A stretch of 64,000 nucleotides of DNA from Candidatus Kapaibacterium sp. (GCA_965140345.1 OZ223197.1:1070726-1134725), one strand, 5' to 3'; shown: positions 28,747-39,511, numbered from the stretch's first letter. Numbers and translations are program-made. Notes: generated from the sequence alone by a model not told the origin.

Positions 28747-29502
28747 TTACTTCAAACTAAACTTAAATACAAAGAAAAGTTGCTCTTTTTCAGGTTGCAA
28801 ATATAATGCTGTACCAATTGGAAGACTGAAACTATCGGATAGTTTTAAATCCTGATCCAGGGAAATACCGAGATTCACTACCGCCCATTTATCTTCCGGT
28901 ACATCGTAGGTTCTTGTTTTACCTTTAGTAAAGCCGGCATGTACTTTCAATTTGTGACTATCTATAAGAAAAGGATACGCTAATTCGAAATAGACAGATT
29001 TATCCGGATCATTATAGAAGCAATGATCAAATAAAAACTGAATTGGAAATTCTTCAGGTCCTTTGTATTGCAGAGAAATATTATACCAGTGCCCTCCCTG
29101 TTCTACAAATTCTCCTTCTTCATTTTCTCTGCCTTTATCAAAATTGAAATATCCTTTGCCTTCACAAGGATAAAAGAAATCTGTTATAAAAGGAGAAAAT
29201 GTACCAATTGATGTTTCCCAATTATATTTGAGAACCAAATCTACTTCATTGAATTTTACTGTTTCATCATTATAATCATAACCTGATGCAAATGCCTGAG
29301 AGCCCCAAAATTCAAATTCAAAATTATATCCTTTGAAGTTAAATTTGGGCTGGATTGCCGGAGAGTCTCCAACATCCATTGCGCGCCAGTTATAGGCACT
29401 TACAAAATCAACAGCGGAATTTACTTCTACAGCAAAAAGATTAGCAGAAGAGCAGAAAAGAATCGCCAACGCGGCAAGAAGTCTTGTCATGTCAGTACTC
29501 AA
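28747..29502 (-). CDS. hypothetical secreted or outer-membrane protein
   Basis: Signal peptide. Aromatic-rich, beta-rich composition. Confidence 0.45.
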   Translation of the reverse strand: MSTDMTRLLAALAILFCSSANLFAVEVNSAVDFVSAYNWRAMDVGDSPAIQPKFNFKGYNFEFEFWGSQAFASGYDYNDETVKFNEVDLVLKYNWETSIGTFSPFITDFFYPCEGKGYFNFDKGRENEEGEFVEQGGHWYNISLQYKGPEEFPIQFLFDHCFYNDPDKSVYFELAYPFLIDSHKLKVHAGFTKGKTRTYDVPEDKWAVVNLGISLDQDLKLSDSFSLPIGTALYLQPEKEQLFFVFKFSLK

Positions 29503-29641
29503 ATAATATATGGATAAGTTTAAACTATCGAATGCAAATTAGCTCTTTAATTAATACCAAGCTCTTAACAAGATATTAAACCTTTGTAAAGCAATAGCTT
29601 CGAATTATTTAGAAAAATGACTAAGTAAATAATACATTCTA

Positions 29642-29670
29642 TTGACAATTGTGTTATATGTGAATTTATA
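29642..29670 (+). promoter_or_regulatory. sigma-70-like promoter candidate, TTGACA-17-TTTATA
   Basis: TTGACA at 29642-29647 and TTTATA at 29665-29670, about 75 nt upstream of the 29749 gene. Confidence 0.3.
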
Positions 29671-29748
29671 GATACTTGCTAATATACTTTAAATTTTGTG
29701 CTGAAAGTTGTATATTGGCTATAAGAATTAATCAATAAAAGGTGCAAA

Positions 29749-30219
29749 ATGAAAAGAATCATAGTACTTGTAGTAATTGCATTCTCTATAATATTTTCCG
29801 GTAATTTATCCGCTAAAAAGCTAAAAGAGGCTGAAGTGCCTGCCGTTGTAGTTAAAAAATTTAAAAGTATGCACGGTTCAGCAGACAAAATAGAGTACAA
29901 TATTAAAGAAGAAAATGGCAAAGATATGTACCGAATCCGTTTTGAAGAAGAAGAATATGACTACGAATATTTCTTCGAAAAGGACGGAACAATTTATAGA
30001 ATGGATGGCGAAATGCCTATTAATGAGCTTCCTGAAAGAATAAAAAAAATCATAGACAAAAAGTTTGAAGGCGAACAAATCGTAGAAGTAGAAAAAATAA
30101 TTCGCAATTACGATGAAAAAGGCTATCAAATTAAGCTTGTAAAAGGAAATAAAGAGACTAAAGTTGAGTTTGACAGCAAAGACAGAGTTGTAGAAATAAA
30201 CATGAAGTTTAAATACTAG
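29749..30219 (+). CDS. secreted PepSY-like repeat protein
   Basis: Signal peptide and two repeats of the PepSY-like beta-lactamase-inhibitor-like fold (..YEYFFEKDGTIY.. and ..YQIKLVKGNKETKVEFD..). Confidence 0.45.
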   Translation: MKRIIVLVVIAFSIIFSGNLSAKKLKEAEVPAVVVKKFKSMHGSADKIEYNIKEENGKDMYRIRFEEEEYDYEYFFEKDGTIYRMDGEMPINELPERIKKIIDKKFEGEQIVEVEKIIRNYDEKGYQIKLVKGNKETKVEFDSKDRVVEINMKFKY

Positions 30220-30222
30220 AAT

Positions 30223-32448
30223 ATGTCCGAACAAAAAATAGATATTGCAAATAACGAGCTTCAGTTTATCAAAGGCATTGGCCCCAGACGAGCTGAAGCT
30301 TTTATAAAAGAAGGTATTCTTACACCTTTGGATTTGTTATATTATTTTCCTAGAACTTATATAGACAGATCCGGTACCAAGACTTTACAACAACTTAAAA
30401 ATGACCTCAAAAATATCAATAATTTCACTGCTGAAAAAAATCTCTATTTTAATTCTGAATCAACCGCGGTTGCTAAAATAGTTTCAAAAGAGATAAGGGA
30501 ATTCGGCAAAAAAAGGCAAATGCTTTCACTTACAATCAGTGATAATTCCGGTGCAAATGCTAAGATAATATTTTGGAATAGTGTTAAATATTTTGATAAA
30601 ATGTATCAAAGAGGTCAACTTCTTGCAGTAAGCGGAAAGGCAGAATTGGACAGATATAATTTCATTAGTTTTACGCATCCTGATATTGATATAATTGATG
30701 AAGAAGATTCCAAGCTTTATTCAGACGGCGCGATATTACCAAAATATAAGCTTTCTGAGCCACTCAGGAAAGCCGGCATAACGATGAAATTGATGCGTAA
30801 CATCATCGCTACTTGCTTAAAAAAATATGCTTCAAGTGTGGTAGAATCTTTTCCTCCTGCACTGATGAGCGAGTTTCAATTTCCGCCAAAAGCACATGCT
30901 ATATTTAACCTTCATTTCCCTAGAAATAAAGATCTACTCGAACGCTCCAAGTTAAGGATTAAGTTTGAAGAACTCTTCCTATTTCAGCTCTTTTTGAATC
31001 TAAAAAGAGATAAGATTCGATCTGAAGAACAAGGTGTTAAAGTAAAACCTAAAAGCCAGTCCGCAAGAAAATTATATGATATTTTACCTTTTGATTTAAC
31101 ACCAGATCAGAAAAAAGTTTTACGTGAAATTGCGTCCGACATGGAAGCCGGTGTTGCAATGAATAGACTTTTGCAGGGAGATGTTGGATCCGGAAAAACT
31201 ATTGTTGCGATTTTAAGTATGCTTATGGCAATTGATTCCGGTTTACAAGTTGCTTTTATGGCTCCTACTGAAATTCTTGCAGAACAACACTTCCATAGTA
31301 TAAAAAACTTTCTTCAGGATTTAGATTTAAATGTAGTTCAGCTTGTAGGCGGGCAAAAAGCACGAATGCGCAGAGATGTGTTGGAAAAAATAGAAACCGG
31401 ATATGCAAATATTATAGTTGGAACTCACGCATTATTTCAAAGCGAAATCAATTATAATAAACTGGGCTTGGTGATAATAGATGAGCAGCATAGATTTGGA
31501 GTTATGCAAAGAGCCGATCTGATAAAATTAGCTAAAAAATCATTTAATGACAACTCCATTGCTCCTCATATATTAGTGATGACAGCCACCCCTATCCCCA
31601 GAACTTTGACTATGACGGCTTATGGAGATTTGGACGTCTCAATTATAAAATCTAAGCCAAAAAATAGAAAACCAATCTTGACTAAAGTAGAATTTGAAAG
31701 TAATCACGATAAAGTTTTTGATTTTGTAAGAAGTGAAGTTAAACAAGGACGACAAGCTTTTATAGTTTTTCCATTTGTAGAAAAGTCTGAAAAAATTGAA
31801 GAAGTGAAATCTGCAACTGAGTACTATGAACCGCTTCAGGCAGTCTTCCCTGAATTTAAATTGGGACTACTTCATGGCCAGATGTTCTGGTACGAAAAAG
31901 AAGAAGCAATGCAAAACTTTCTAAATAAAGAATATGATATTTTAGTTGCTACAACAGTGATAGAAGTGGGTATTGATATACCAAATGCCAGTGTTATGGT
32001 TATAGAAAATGCAGAAAGATTTGGTTTGTCTCAATTGCATCAGCTGAGAGGCAGAGTTGGCAGAGGCGGTGAACAGTCATATTGTATTCTTATGACAAAA
32101 GACAATTACAAGTTTCAGCTAAATAAAAAAGAGCAGGCTGAAAACGCAAAATCTGCTGCTATAATCAGATTGAAAACTATGGCAGAAACTACGGACGGTT
32201 TTAAAATATCAGAAGTTGATCTGCAGCTCAGAGGTCCGGGTGATATTCTAGGAACAAAACAGGCAGGTCTCCCCGACTTTAAATATGCTGATTTAGTAAA
32301 TGACGGCGACATTATGGAGATAGCAAAAAAGATGGCAATTAAAATAATTGCAGAAGATCCACATCTTAGAAGCCAGGATAATAGACTTTTAAGAGCAGAG
32401 ATGTCCAGAAATTACTTCTCTGATTCTAACTTTTTTGATATTGCTTAA
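30223..32448 (+). CDS. recG: ATP-dependent DNA helicase RecG
   Basis: Walker A DVGSGKT, DEQH box, and motifs VMTATPIPRTL and HQLRGRVGRG; N-terminal wedge domain. Confidence 0.92.
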   Translation: MSEQKIDIANNELQFIKGIGPRRAEAFIKEGILTPLDLLYYFPRTYIDRSGTKTLQQLKNDLKNINNFTAEKNLYFNSESTAVAKIVSKEIREFGKKRQMLSLTISDNSGANAKIIFWNSVKYFDKMYQRGQLLAVSGKAELDRYNFISFTHPDIDIIDEEDSKLYSDGAILPKYKLSEPLRKAGITMKLMRNIIATCLKKYASSVVESFPPALMSEFQFPPKAHAIFNLHFPRNKDLLERSKLRIKFEELFLFQLFLNLKRDKIRSEEQGVKVKPKSQSARKLYDILPFDLTPDQKKVLREIASDMEAGVAMNRLLQGDVGSGKTIVAILSMLMAIDSGLQVAFMAPTEILAEQHFHSIKNFLQDLDLNVVQLVGGQKARMRRDVLEKIETGYANIIVGTHALFQSEINYNKLGLVIIDEQHRFGVMQRADLIKLAKKSFNDNSIAPHILVMTATPIPRTLTMTAYGDLDVSIIKSKPKNRKPILTKVEFESNHDKVFDFVRSEVKQGRQAFIVFPFVEKSEKIEEVKSATEYYEPLQAVFPEFKLGLLHGQMFWYEKEEAMQNFLNKEYDILVATTVIEVGIDIPNASVMVIENAERFGLSQLHQLRGRVGRGGEQSYCILMTKDNYKFQLNKKEQAENAKSAAIIRLKTMAETTDGFKISEVDLQLRGPGDILGTKQAGLPDFKYADLVNDGDIMEIAKKMAIKIIAEDPHLRSQDNRLLRAEMSRNYFSDSNFFDIA

Positions 32449-32468
32449 TTTGATTTATAGGATATATT

Positions 32469-33059
32469 ATGAGAAACTTCTGGGACGAAAGGTTTGATAC
32501 AGAAGAATTAATTTACGGAACTAATCCAAATAAGTTCTTGAAATTATATATAGATCACAACTCTCCTTCAAACATTCTACTTCCGGGCGAAGGCGAAGGA
32601 CGAAACGCAATTTACGCTGCCAAACAAGGATGGAATGTTACTGCACATGATGGTAGCGAAGTGGCAAAAAACAAAGCCCTATCACTGGCAAAAAAAGAAG
32701 GTCTAAATTTTAATTACATAGTTAGTGATATTCTTGACTTAAAACTATCTCAACAATTCGATGCTATTGGATTGATATTTATGCACTTACCTTCTTCAAT
32801 ACGAAGGGATGCGCACAGACTATTGATTGATTACTTAGCACCCGGAGGAAGTATTTTCATGGAAATGTTTTCTAAAGAACAAATCAACAACGAAACTGGC
32901 GGACCTAAAAATATTGATATGCTATACAGTCTGGATGATTTAAAAGAAGATTTCAAATCACTAAATATAGTTTCAGCAGAAGAGATAATTACAACTCTTG
33001 ATGAAGGTGATCATCACCAGGGTAAAGCGAATATCATCAGATTGATAGCTACAAAATAA
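32469..33059 (+). CDS. class I SAM-dependent methyltransferase
   Basis: LLPGEGEGRNAIYAAKQGWNVTAHDGS is a SAM-binding motif I. Confidence 0.7.
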   Translation: MRNFWDERFDTEELIYGTNPNKFLKLYIDHNSPSNILLPGEGEGRNAIYAAKQGWNVTAHDGSEVAKNKALSLAKKEGLNFNYIVSDILDLKLSQQFDAIGLIFMHLPSSIRRDAHRLLIDYLAPGGSIFMEMFSKEQINNETGGPKNIDMLYSLDDLKEDFKSLNIVSAEEIITTLDEGDHHQGKANIIRLIATK

Positions 33060-34230
33060 TTCTGAATGTAGAACCATTATTTTCTTTAGAATCTAATTCA
33101 ATTTTGCCTCCATGCTTTTCTATAAACTCGCGGCACAAGATTAAGCCCAGACCGGTACCTTTTTCCATATTGGTTCCGGGACGTGTAAATTGTTTATCAA
33201 ACTTAAATAGATTATCAATTTGATTCTGAGACATGCCAATTCCTGTATCCTTAACTTCAATTATAGCTTTGTCAACATCATTAAAGGCTCTTATAAAGAC
33301 TTTTCCGTTTTCAGGTGTAAACTTAAGAGCATTAGAGACAAAATTCCTTAGAACTGTGTGTATCATGTTATAGTCAGCAAGAATAACTACGTCCTCTTTG
33401 ATTTCGCAACTTAGCTCAATATTTTTATTCTTCGCGACCTGTTTATTAAGATCAACCATGCTTTTTAAAACTTCCTTCAAGAACACATTTTGCTTCTCAA
33501 AAGGGATTTGCCCCATCTGAGCTCTTGACCAAAACAGTAGATTTTCCAACAAGTTATACAGATTCTTTGAAGAATCTTTCATTTCAGTTATAAATTCAGT
33601 TATCTCGCGTAAAGTTAAATCTTCAAAGGTATCTACGAGGACTTGAGTTAATTGTCTGAATGCTCCAAGCGGATTCTTTAAATCATGAGCAATAATAGAA
33701 AAGAACTTATCTTTTGCGGCATTAGATTCTTGCAGCTTCTTTTCCTTTTCTATCAGTAGTGCTTCAGCTTTCTTTCTTTCTGCGATTTCTAGTTGAAGCT
33801 GTTCATTCTTTTCTTTAATTGACTTGTTTATCTTTTTTTCGTGTGAAATGAATCTGATATAAAGTTGAAGTAATCTTATTAACTCCTGGTCTTTGAATGG
33901 CTTAGTCAGATAGTCCATAGCGCCTACATCTAATCCTGCCTGCATCAATTCTTTTTTTGGATCAGATCCGGTCATTAAAATAATTGGTATAGTCGAAGTT
34001 AATTCCTGCTGTTTCATAAGCTTTGCAGTCTTAAATCCATCAATTTCAGGCATAAAGATATCCATAAGTACTATATCAATTTTGTGGTTCCCCAACAAAC
34101 GAATAGCATCTTTGCTGGAAGGTGCTTCAAAAACTATAACGTCCATGTTCTTATTTATAATACTCGCTACTTTTTTTATGAGAGTAGGAGAATCATCAAC
34201 CACTAAAACTGTATATTTCCCGTTTTCCAT
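33049..34230 (-). CDS. response-regulator receiver / histidine kinase fusion (REC-HisKA-HATPase)
   Basis: N-terminal REC (VLVVDD..DIFMPEIDGF), H-box FFSIIAHDLKNPL, G-box KGTGLGL. Paralog of 58383..59522. Confidence 0.8.
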   Translation of the reverse strand: MENGKYTVLVVDDSPTLIKKVASIINKNMDVIVFEAPSSKDAIRLLGNHKIDIVLMDIFMPEIDGFKTAKLMKQQELTSTIPIILMTGSDPKKELMQAGLDVGAMDYLTKPFKDQELIRLLQLYIRFISHEKKINKSIKEKNEQLQLEIAERKKAEALLIEKEKKLQESNAAKDKFFSIIAHDLKNPLGAFRQLTQVLVDTFEDLTLREITEFITEMKDSSKNLYNLLENLLFWSRAQMGQIPFEKQNVFLKEVLKSMVDLNKQVAKNKNIELSCEIKEDVVILADYNMIHTVLRNFVSNALKFTPENGKVFIRAFNDVDKAIIEVKDTGIGMSQNQIDNLFKFDKQFTRPGTNMEKGTGLGLILCREFIEKHGGKIELDSKENNGSTFRIIL

Positions 34231-34287
34231 CTTTCAAAGCCTTACGATAATAAAATTTAATGTTGGCACTATATATCAATATTTGTA

Positions 34288-34295
34288 TATCTTTG
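34288..34295 (+). promoter_or_regulatory. TAtcTTTG (-7-like) motif 30 nt upstream of uvrA
   Basis: Matches the TAnnTTTG consensus. Confidence 0.25.
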
Positions 34296-34324
34296 TAGTT
34301 TGTTTTTTGTTTCGGAAAGTAAAA

Positions 34325-37204
34325 ATGAGAGATACACTAAAAGCACCTTTGCAAAAATACATAGATCAGGAATTAAAAGAAATAGTTATCACCGGTGCAA
34401 GGGAAAATAATTTAAAAAACTTGAATATTACTATCCCGCGTGACAAATTAGTCGTGATAACCGGACTTTCCGGGTCAGGTAAATCAAGCTTAGCATTCGA
34501 CACTCTCTATGCTGAAGGTCAGCGCAGATATGTTGAATGTTTATCAGCTTATGCTCGCCAATATCTCGGAATGATGAAAAAACCGGATGTTGACCGCATC
34601 GAAGGACTCTCTCCTGCTATTTCCATAGAACAAAAAACCATAAGCCACAACCCGCGCTCTACAGTAGGCACGACTACTGAAATTTACGATTATATTAGGC
34701 TTTTATTTGCAAAAATCGGCACTCAGTACTGCACTACCTGCAATATACCAGTAGAGAAAAAGAGCATTGATCAGATTGTAAATGATATTTTTGCTCACTA
34801 CCCTGAAGAAAAAATTCAAATTCTTACTCCTTTAGTAAAAGGCCGTAAAGGTCATTATCGTGAGTTTTTTGAACAACTTATGAAGCAGGGCTTTACAAAA
34901 GTAAGAATTGATGGAGAGCTAACTGAACTTGTACCGGGATTAAAAGTAAACAGATATAAAATCCACAACATAGAATTAGTTGTAGATAGATGCATTGTAG
35001 AGAACTCTCAAATGAGTCGCATTGCAGAAAGTGTTGAACTTGCTTTGCAAAAAGGCGAAGGTACAATGATGCTTCTGGCAGGCAAAGATAATACTGAACA
35101 ATTATTTAGTACCAATTATTCATGTCCTTCTTGTAGTAAAGCGTATCCTCAATTGTCGCCTTATAGATTTTCTTTTAACTCTCCATTTGGATCCTGCCCT
35201 TCATGCCAGGGCCTTGGAGAAAAAGTAGATTTCAGCAGATCTTTAGTAATACCTGATGATTCACTTTCAATTGCAGAAGGCGGAATTGCAATTCTAGGTA
35301 AAAAACGAGATATGTGGATTTGGACTCAGCTAAATGCTTTTGTTGAAGAACACAACATTGATTTAGATAAAGCTATTAAAGATTTGAAAACTGAGGAACT
35401 TAACTTAGTTCTCTATGGTTCTAAAACAGAAATTACTGTAGAATATCAATTTTCAAATACTAAGAAAATAAATTACAAACACAAGTTTGCGGGTGTACTT
35501 CCTACATTCAGATCACAATATGAAACTACTAATTCAGGACTTATCAAGAGAAAAATTGAAGAATTTATGTCCTCTCAAATATGTGAAGTATGTAATGGTG
35601 GAAGATTGAAACCAGAAAATTTGGCAGTACTAATAGACAAACATTCAGTAGCTGACATTTCAAGTTATGACATTACAGCTAGTTTAGAGTTCTTTGAAAA
35701 TGTATCTTCCAAACTTACAGACAAACAAAACGCAATAGCAAAACTTATTTTAAAAGAAATAGTTGAACGTCTTAAGTTTCTGGAAGATGTGGGATTAACA
35801 TATTTGAATATTGGAAGATCAGTGAAAACACTTTCAGGTGGTGAATCCCAGCGCATCAGACTTGCATCACAGATTGGCTCCAAATTGGTTGGTATCATGT
35901 ATATTTTGGATGAACCAAGCATCGGTTTACATCAGCATGACAACTATAAGCTAATTCAATCACTTAAAGATCTACGCGATTTAGGAAATACTGTTATTGT
36001 TGTTGAACATGATAAAGCAATGATAGAAGAGTCTGATTATCTTATAGATGTAGGGCCCGGAGCTGGTATTCATGGTGGAAATATTATTGTTTCTACAAAC
36101 CCTGGTAACATAAAACACCTGAATAAAGATACACTATCTAGATCTTATACTGCCCAGTATTTATCCGGAGATAAAAGTATTCCAACACCTGTTTCCAGAA
36201 GAGAAGGTAACGGTAGCTTTTTAGAATTACTTGGTGCAACAGGTAATAATTTGCAGAATGTTGATTTGAGAATACCTCTTGGAACATTTACTTGCGTTAC
36301 CGGCATGAGCGGCTCCGGGAAGTCTTCATTGATAAATGACACACTGTATCCGATTCTTTCAAGGCATTTCTACAGATCTACTAAAATTCCTTTACCATAC
36401 AAAACCATCAATGGTTTAGAACATATAGATAAAGTAATAGAAATTGACCAGTCTCCAATCGGCAGGACGCCTAGATCAAACCCGGCTACCTACACAGGGC
36501 TTTTTACTTTAATTAGAGATTTTTATGCTTTATTGCCGGAATCTAAGATTAGAGGATATCAATCAGGCAGATTCTCCTTCAACGTTAAAGGTGGTCGATG
36601 CGAGGAATGTGAAGGTGCAGGTCTGAAAAAAATAGAAATGAACTTCCTTCCTGAAGTATATGTAGAATGTGAAGTATGTAACGGCAAACGTTATAACATG
36701 GAAACACTTTCAGTAACTTTTAAAAATAAATCAATTGCTGATGTGCTTGATATGACTGTAGAAGAGGCTACTATATTCTTCAAAGATATACCAAAAATAC
36801 ACCACAAATTACAGACTTTGATGGATGTTGGTTTGACTTATATCAAACTTGGCCAGCAGGCTCCAACTCTTTCCGGTGGAGAGGCTCAGCGTGTTAAATT
36901 AGCAACAGAACTTTCTAAACGCAGCACTGGTAAGACTTTATATTTACTTGATGAACCTACAACAGGATTGCACTTTGAAGACATCAATATCCTTCTTAAA
37001 CTGATACATAAGCTGGTAGATAAAGGCAATACTGCGATAATAATAGAGCATAATCTAGATGTAATCAAATGTGCAGACAGAATAATTGACCTTGGACCTG
37101 AAGGCGGCAGGAATGGTGGAAAAATTATTGAAGAAGGTACACCTGAAGAAATTGCTAAATCTAAAATAAGTTTAACGGGTAAATACCTAAAAGATGAGCT
37201 TTAA
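34325..37204 (+). CDS. uvrA: excinuclease ABC subunit A
   Basis: Two ABC ATPase modules (GLSGSGKSSLAF, GMSGSGKSSLIN), zinc-finger cysteines, LSGGE signatures. The start is taken at ATG 34325, not the 34082 ORF extension. Confidence 0.95.
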   Translation: MRDTLKAPLQKYIDQELKEIVITGARENNLKNLNITIPRDKLVVITGLSGSGKSSLAFDTLYAEGQRRYVECLSAYARQYLGMMKKPDVDRIEGLSPAISIEQKTISHNPRSTVGTTTEIYDYIRLLFAKIGTQYCTTCNIPVEKKSIDQIVNDIFAHYPEEKIQILTPLVKGRKGHYREFFEQLMKQGFTKVRIDGELTELVPGLKVNRYKIHNIELVVDRCIVENSQMSRIAESVELALQKGEGTMMLLAGKDNTEQLFSTNYSCPSCSKAYPQLSPYRFSFNSPFGSCPSCQGLGEKVDFSRSLVIPDDSLSIAEGGIAILGKKRDMWIWTQLNAFVEEHNIDLDKAIKDLKTEELNLVLYGSKTEITVEYQFSNTKKINYKHKFAGVLPTFRSQYETTNSGLIKRKIEEFMSSQICEVCNGGRLKPENLAVLIDKHSVADISSYDITASLEFFENVSSKLTDKQNAIAKLILKEIVERLKFLEDVGLTYLNIGRSVKTLSGGESQRIRLASQIGSKLVGIMYILDEPSIGLHQHDNYKLIQSLKDLRDLGNTVIVVEHDKAMIEESDYLIDVGPGAGIHGGNIIVSTNPGNIKHLNKDTLSRSYTAQYLSGDKSIPTPVSRREGNGSFLELLGATGNNLQNVDLRIPLGTFTCVTGMSGSGKSSLINDTLYPILSRHFYRSTKIPLPYKTINGLEHIDKVIEIDQSPIGRTPRSNPATYTGLFTLIRDFYALLPESKIRGYQSGRFSFNVKGGRCEECEGAGLKKIEMNFLPEVYVECEVCNGKRYNMETLSVTFKNKSIADVLDMTVEEATIFFKDIPKIHHKLQTLMDVGLTYIKLGQQAPTLSGGEAQRVKLATELSKRSTGKTLYLLDEPTTGLHFEDINILLKLIHKLVDKGNTAIIIEHNLDVIKCADRIIDLGPEGGRNGGKIIEEGTPEEIAKSKISLTGKYLKDEL

Positions 37205-37242
37205 GAAATATTTAAACAATATTTATGCTTTAGACTAGTGTA

Positions 37243-37250
37243 TATCTTTG
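37243..37250 (+). promoter_or_regulatory. TAtcTTTG (-7-like) motif 27 nt upstream of the 37277 ORF
   Basis: Matches the TAnnTTTG consensus. Confidence 0.2.
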
Positions 37251-37276
37251 TATACTAAGTACCAAAAGGACATCAA

Positions 37277-37690
37277 TTGAAGAAAGATGTAGTAAGATAT
37301 TGCATAATTAATTCCAAAGCCGGTGACATCTATGTCAGATTTTCAGTAGATGAAGATATTATGGCTGGTGTGGAGTTTCGATTATATCATAAAGAGACCC
37401 AGGAAGCCTTAACATACTGGAAAATGGCTGCAGGCAATGGTGACACAGTGTCGAAACAAATTCGTATCGCACCTGAGAAATTAAATCACTTAATTCTTAC
37501 TTGGCAAGTTATATGCTGCTCTCAAAATGTTGATACTTATGAGGGTAATATTTCAATTGAAGTTATTCAAGATAGAAAAATATGCAAAATGACTATTCCA
37601 GCTTCTTGGTACATAGATAACATACCTCCTTGCGCTATAAAGCGTTCCGTAGAATTCAGCGAGAGTTTTACTTTTCTCTGCAAAGATTAA
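37277..37690 (+). CDS. hypothetical small Cys-containing protein (TTG start)
   Basis: 137 aa with no known domain. Has its own upstream TAnnTTTG motif. Confidence 0.3.
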   Translation: MKKDVVRYCIINSKAGDIYVRFSVDEDIMAGVEFRLYHKETQEALTYWKMAAGNGDTVSKQIRIAPEKLNHLILTWQVICCSQNVDTYEGNISIEVIQDRKICKMTIPASWYIDNIPPCAIKRSVEFSESFTFLCKD

Positions 37691-37761
37691 CTTTCCTCAA
37701 AAAAGAACATTTTTATCACATTTTCTCCGATTTTTGATATATTGTAATTCAGATATTTGTT

Positions 37762-37769
37762 TATATTTG
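37762..37769 (+). promoter_or_regulatory. TAtaTTTG (-7-like) motif 37 nt upstream of etfB
   Basis: Matches the TAnnTTTG consensus. Confidence 0.25.
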
Positions 37770-37805
37770 CAATGATTGTTCTGAATTATATTAACCGGAG
37801 TTAAG

Positions 37806-38552
37806 ATGAATATTTTGGTATGTATATCCAGAGTACCGGACACAGCTACAAGAGTAGCTATTGGTGCAGACAAAAAAAACATAGAAACCAAAGGCGTTAA
37901 ATATATCGTCAACCCATATGATGAGTTTGCTATTGAAGAAGCTCTTCAATTGAAACAAAAAAATGGTGGCACGGTAACAACGCTGACAATAGGCACAGAC
38001 CAGGCAGTAGATGTATTACGTACTGCTTTGGCTATGGGCTCAGACAAGGCTATCCTTGTTAAAGGCGACACAACTAAAGATTCTTACTATATCGCAGAAA
38101 ATATTGCTGCTATAGCAAAAGAAGTAAACCCAGATTTAATTTTAATGGGTAAACAAAGTGTTGACTTTGACTCACTTCAAATGCCTTCTATGCTTGCAGA
38201 AATGCTTGAAATGCCTTCAATTTCTGTAGTTTCTAAACTTGACATCGCTGATGGAAAAGTTACTGCAGAAAGAGATATCGAAGGCGGTAAAGAAGTAGTT
38301 GAAGCTTCTCTCCCATGCATCCTTAGCGCACAAAAAGGTTTGAACGAACCTCGCTATCCAAAACTTCCTGATATCATGAAAGCTAAATCTAAACCAATTG
38401 AACAGAAAGATGCAATTGATGCAGCAGAAAGAGTTAGCATTTTATCTATGGAATTGCCTGATAAACAACGCGTTGGTAAAATTCTTACTGACAGTGATGC
38501 AGACATTGCAGAATTGGTTCGCCTTCTACGCGAAGAAGCAAAAGTTATTTAA
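37806..38552 (+). CDS. etfB: electron transfer flavoprotein beta subunit
   Basis: MNILVCISRVPDTATRV.. is typical of EtfB/FixA. Confidence 0.9.
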   Translation: MNILVCISRVPDTATRVAIGADKKNIETKGVKYIVNPYDEFAIEEALQLKQKNGGTVTTLTIGTDQAVDVLRTALAMGSDKAILVKGDTTKDSYYIAENIAAIAKEVNPDLILMGKQSVDFDSLQMPSMLAEMLEMPSISVVSKLDIADGKVTAERDIEGGKEVVEASLPCILSAQKGLNEPRYPKLPDIMKAKSKPIEQKDAIDAAERVSILSMELPDKQRVGKILTDSDADIAELVRLLREEAKVI

Positions 38553-38575
38553 TGCGAAATTTGGGAGAAATATAA

Positions 38576-39511
38576 ATGAAAATATTAGTATACTTAGAAG
38601 CTCAAGGCGCTGAACTCAAAAGAGTATCATACGAAATGATAACAGCTGCTCGCAATATTTCAGATGATATCGTAGGCGTTATTGCTAATGCTGATGATGC
38701 TGCTATTAAAACTGCAGGCGAATACGGATTAGGAAAAGTAGTAAAATTAGATGATCCGTTTTTTGCAACACATTCTTCTTCTGCTGTTGCAGCCGGAGTT
38801 GCACAAGTTGCTGAAAAAGAAGCATGTAATGTAGCTATCTTCCCTGCTAATGCAGCCGGTCAGGAAATTGCTCCAAGAGTATCAGTAAAATGCAAAGCAG
38901 GATATATCTCTGATATTATCAGCTTAGATAAAGATCTTACTGCTAAAAAACCCGTATATGCAGGTAAAGCAAATATCAATATTAAAGTTGATACTGATTT
39001 CAAAGTATTTTCTTTACGTCCTAACGTATTTACTGCATCTAAAGCTGGTGCTAAAGATGTTTCAATTGAAGCTTTTACTCCTGCTTTAACAGATAAAGAT
39101 AAAGCTGTAAAAGTTACAAAATTGGCTAAAAACGAAGGTAAATTAGACGTACTTGAAGCTGATAGAATCGTATCCGGTGGACGCGGCTTGAAAGAAGCAG
39201 ATAACTTCAAATTAGTAGAAGATTTGGCAGGCAAATTAGGTGCTGCTGTTGGTGCTTCCCGTGCTGTCGTAGATGCAGGCTGGAGACCACACAGCGAACA
39301 GGTAGGCCAAACCGGTAAAACTGTTTCTCCTTCACTTTACGTAGCATGCGCTATCTCAGGTGCTGTTCAGCACTTGGCAGGCATGTCTGGCTCTAAAGTG
39401 ATCGTAGCAGTTAATAAAGATAAAGATGCACCAATTTTTAAAGTTGCAGATTATGGTATTGTGGGCGATGTATTCGATGTTTTACCAAAATTAACTGAAA
39501 AAATTGGATAA
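38576..39511 (+). CDS. etfA: electron transfer flavoprotein alpha subunit
   Basis: FAD-binding C-terminal domain (..VSGGRGL..PELYVACAISGAVQHLAGM..). Confidence 0.9.
   Translation: MKILVYLEAQGAELKRVSYEMITAARNISDDIVGVIANADDAAIKTAGEYGLGKVVKLDDPFFATHSSSAVAAGVAQVAEKEACNVAIFPANAAGQEIAPRVSVKCKAGYISDIISLDKDLTAKKPVYAGKANINIKVDTDFKVFSLRPNVFTASKAGAKDVSIEAFTPALTDKDKAVKVTKLAKNEGKLDVLEADRIVSGGRGLKEADNFKLVEDLAGKLGAAVGASRAVVDAGWRPHSEQVGQTGKTVSPSLYVACAISGAVQHLAGMSGSKVIVAVNKDKDAPIFKVADYGIVGDVFDVLPKLTEKIG

Noticed and set aside
34082-34324. N-terminal 81-codon extension of the uvrA ORF as given in the ORF track
   Set aside because: The extension runs antisense through the 5' end of the REC-histidine kinase gene and translates to a hydrophobic low-complexity sequence. 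The conserved UvrA N-terminus (MRDTLKAPLQKYIDQ..) begins at ATG 34325, which has its own upstream TAtcTTTG motif.
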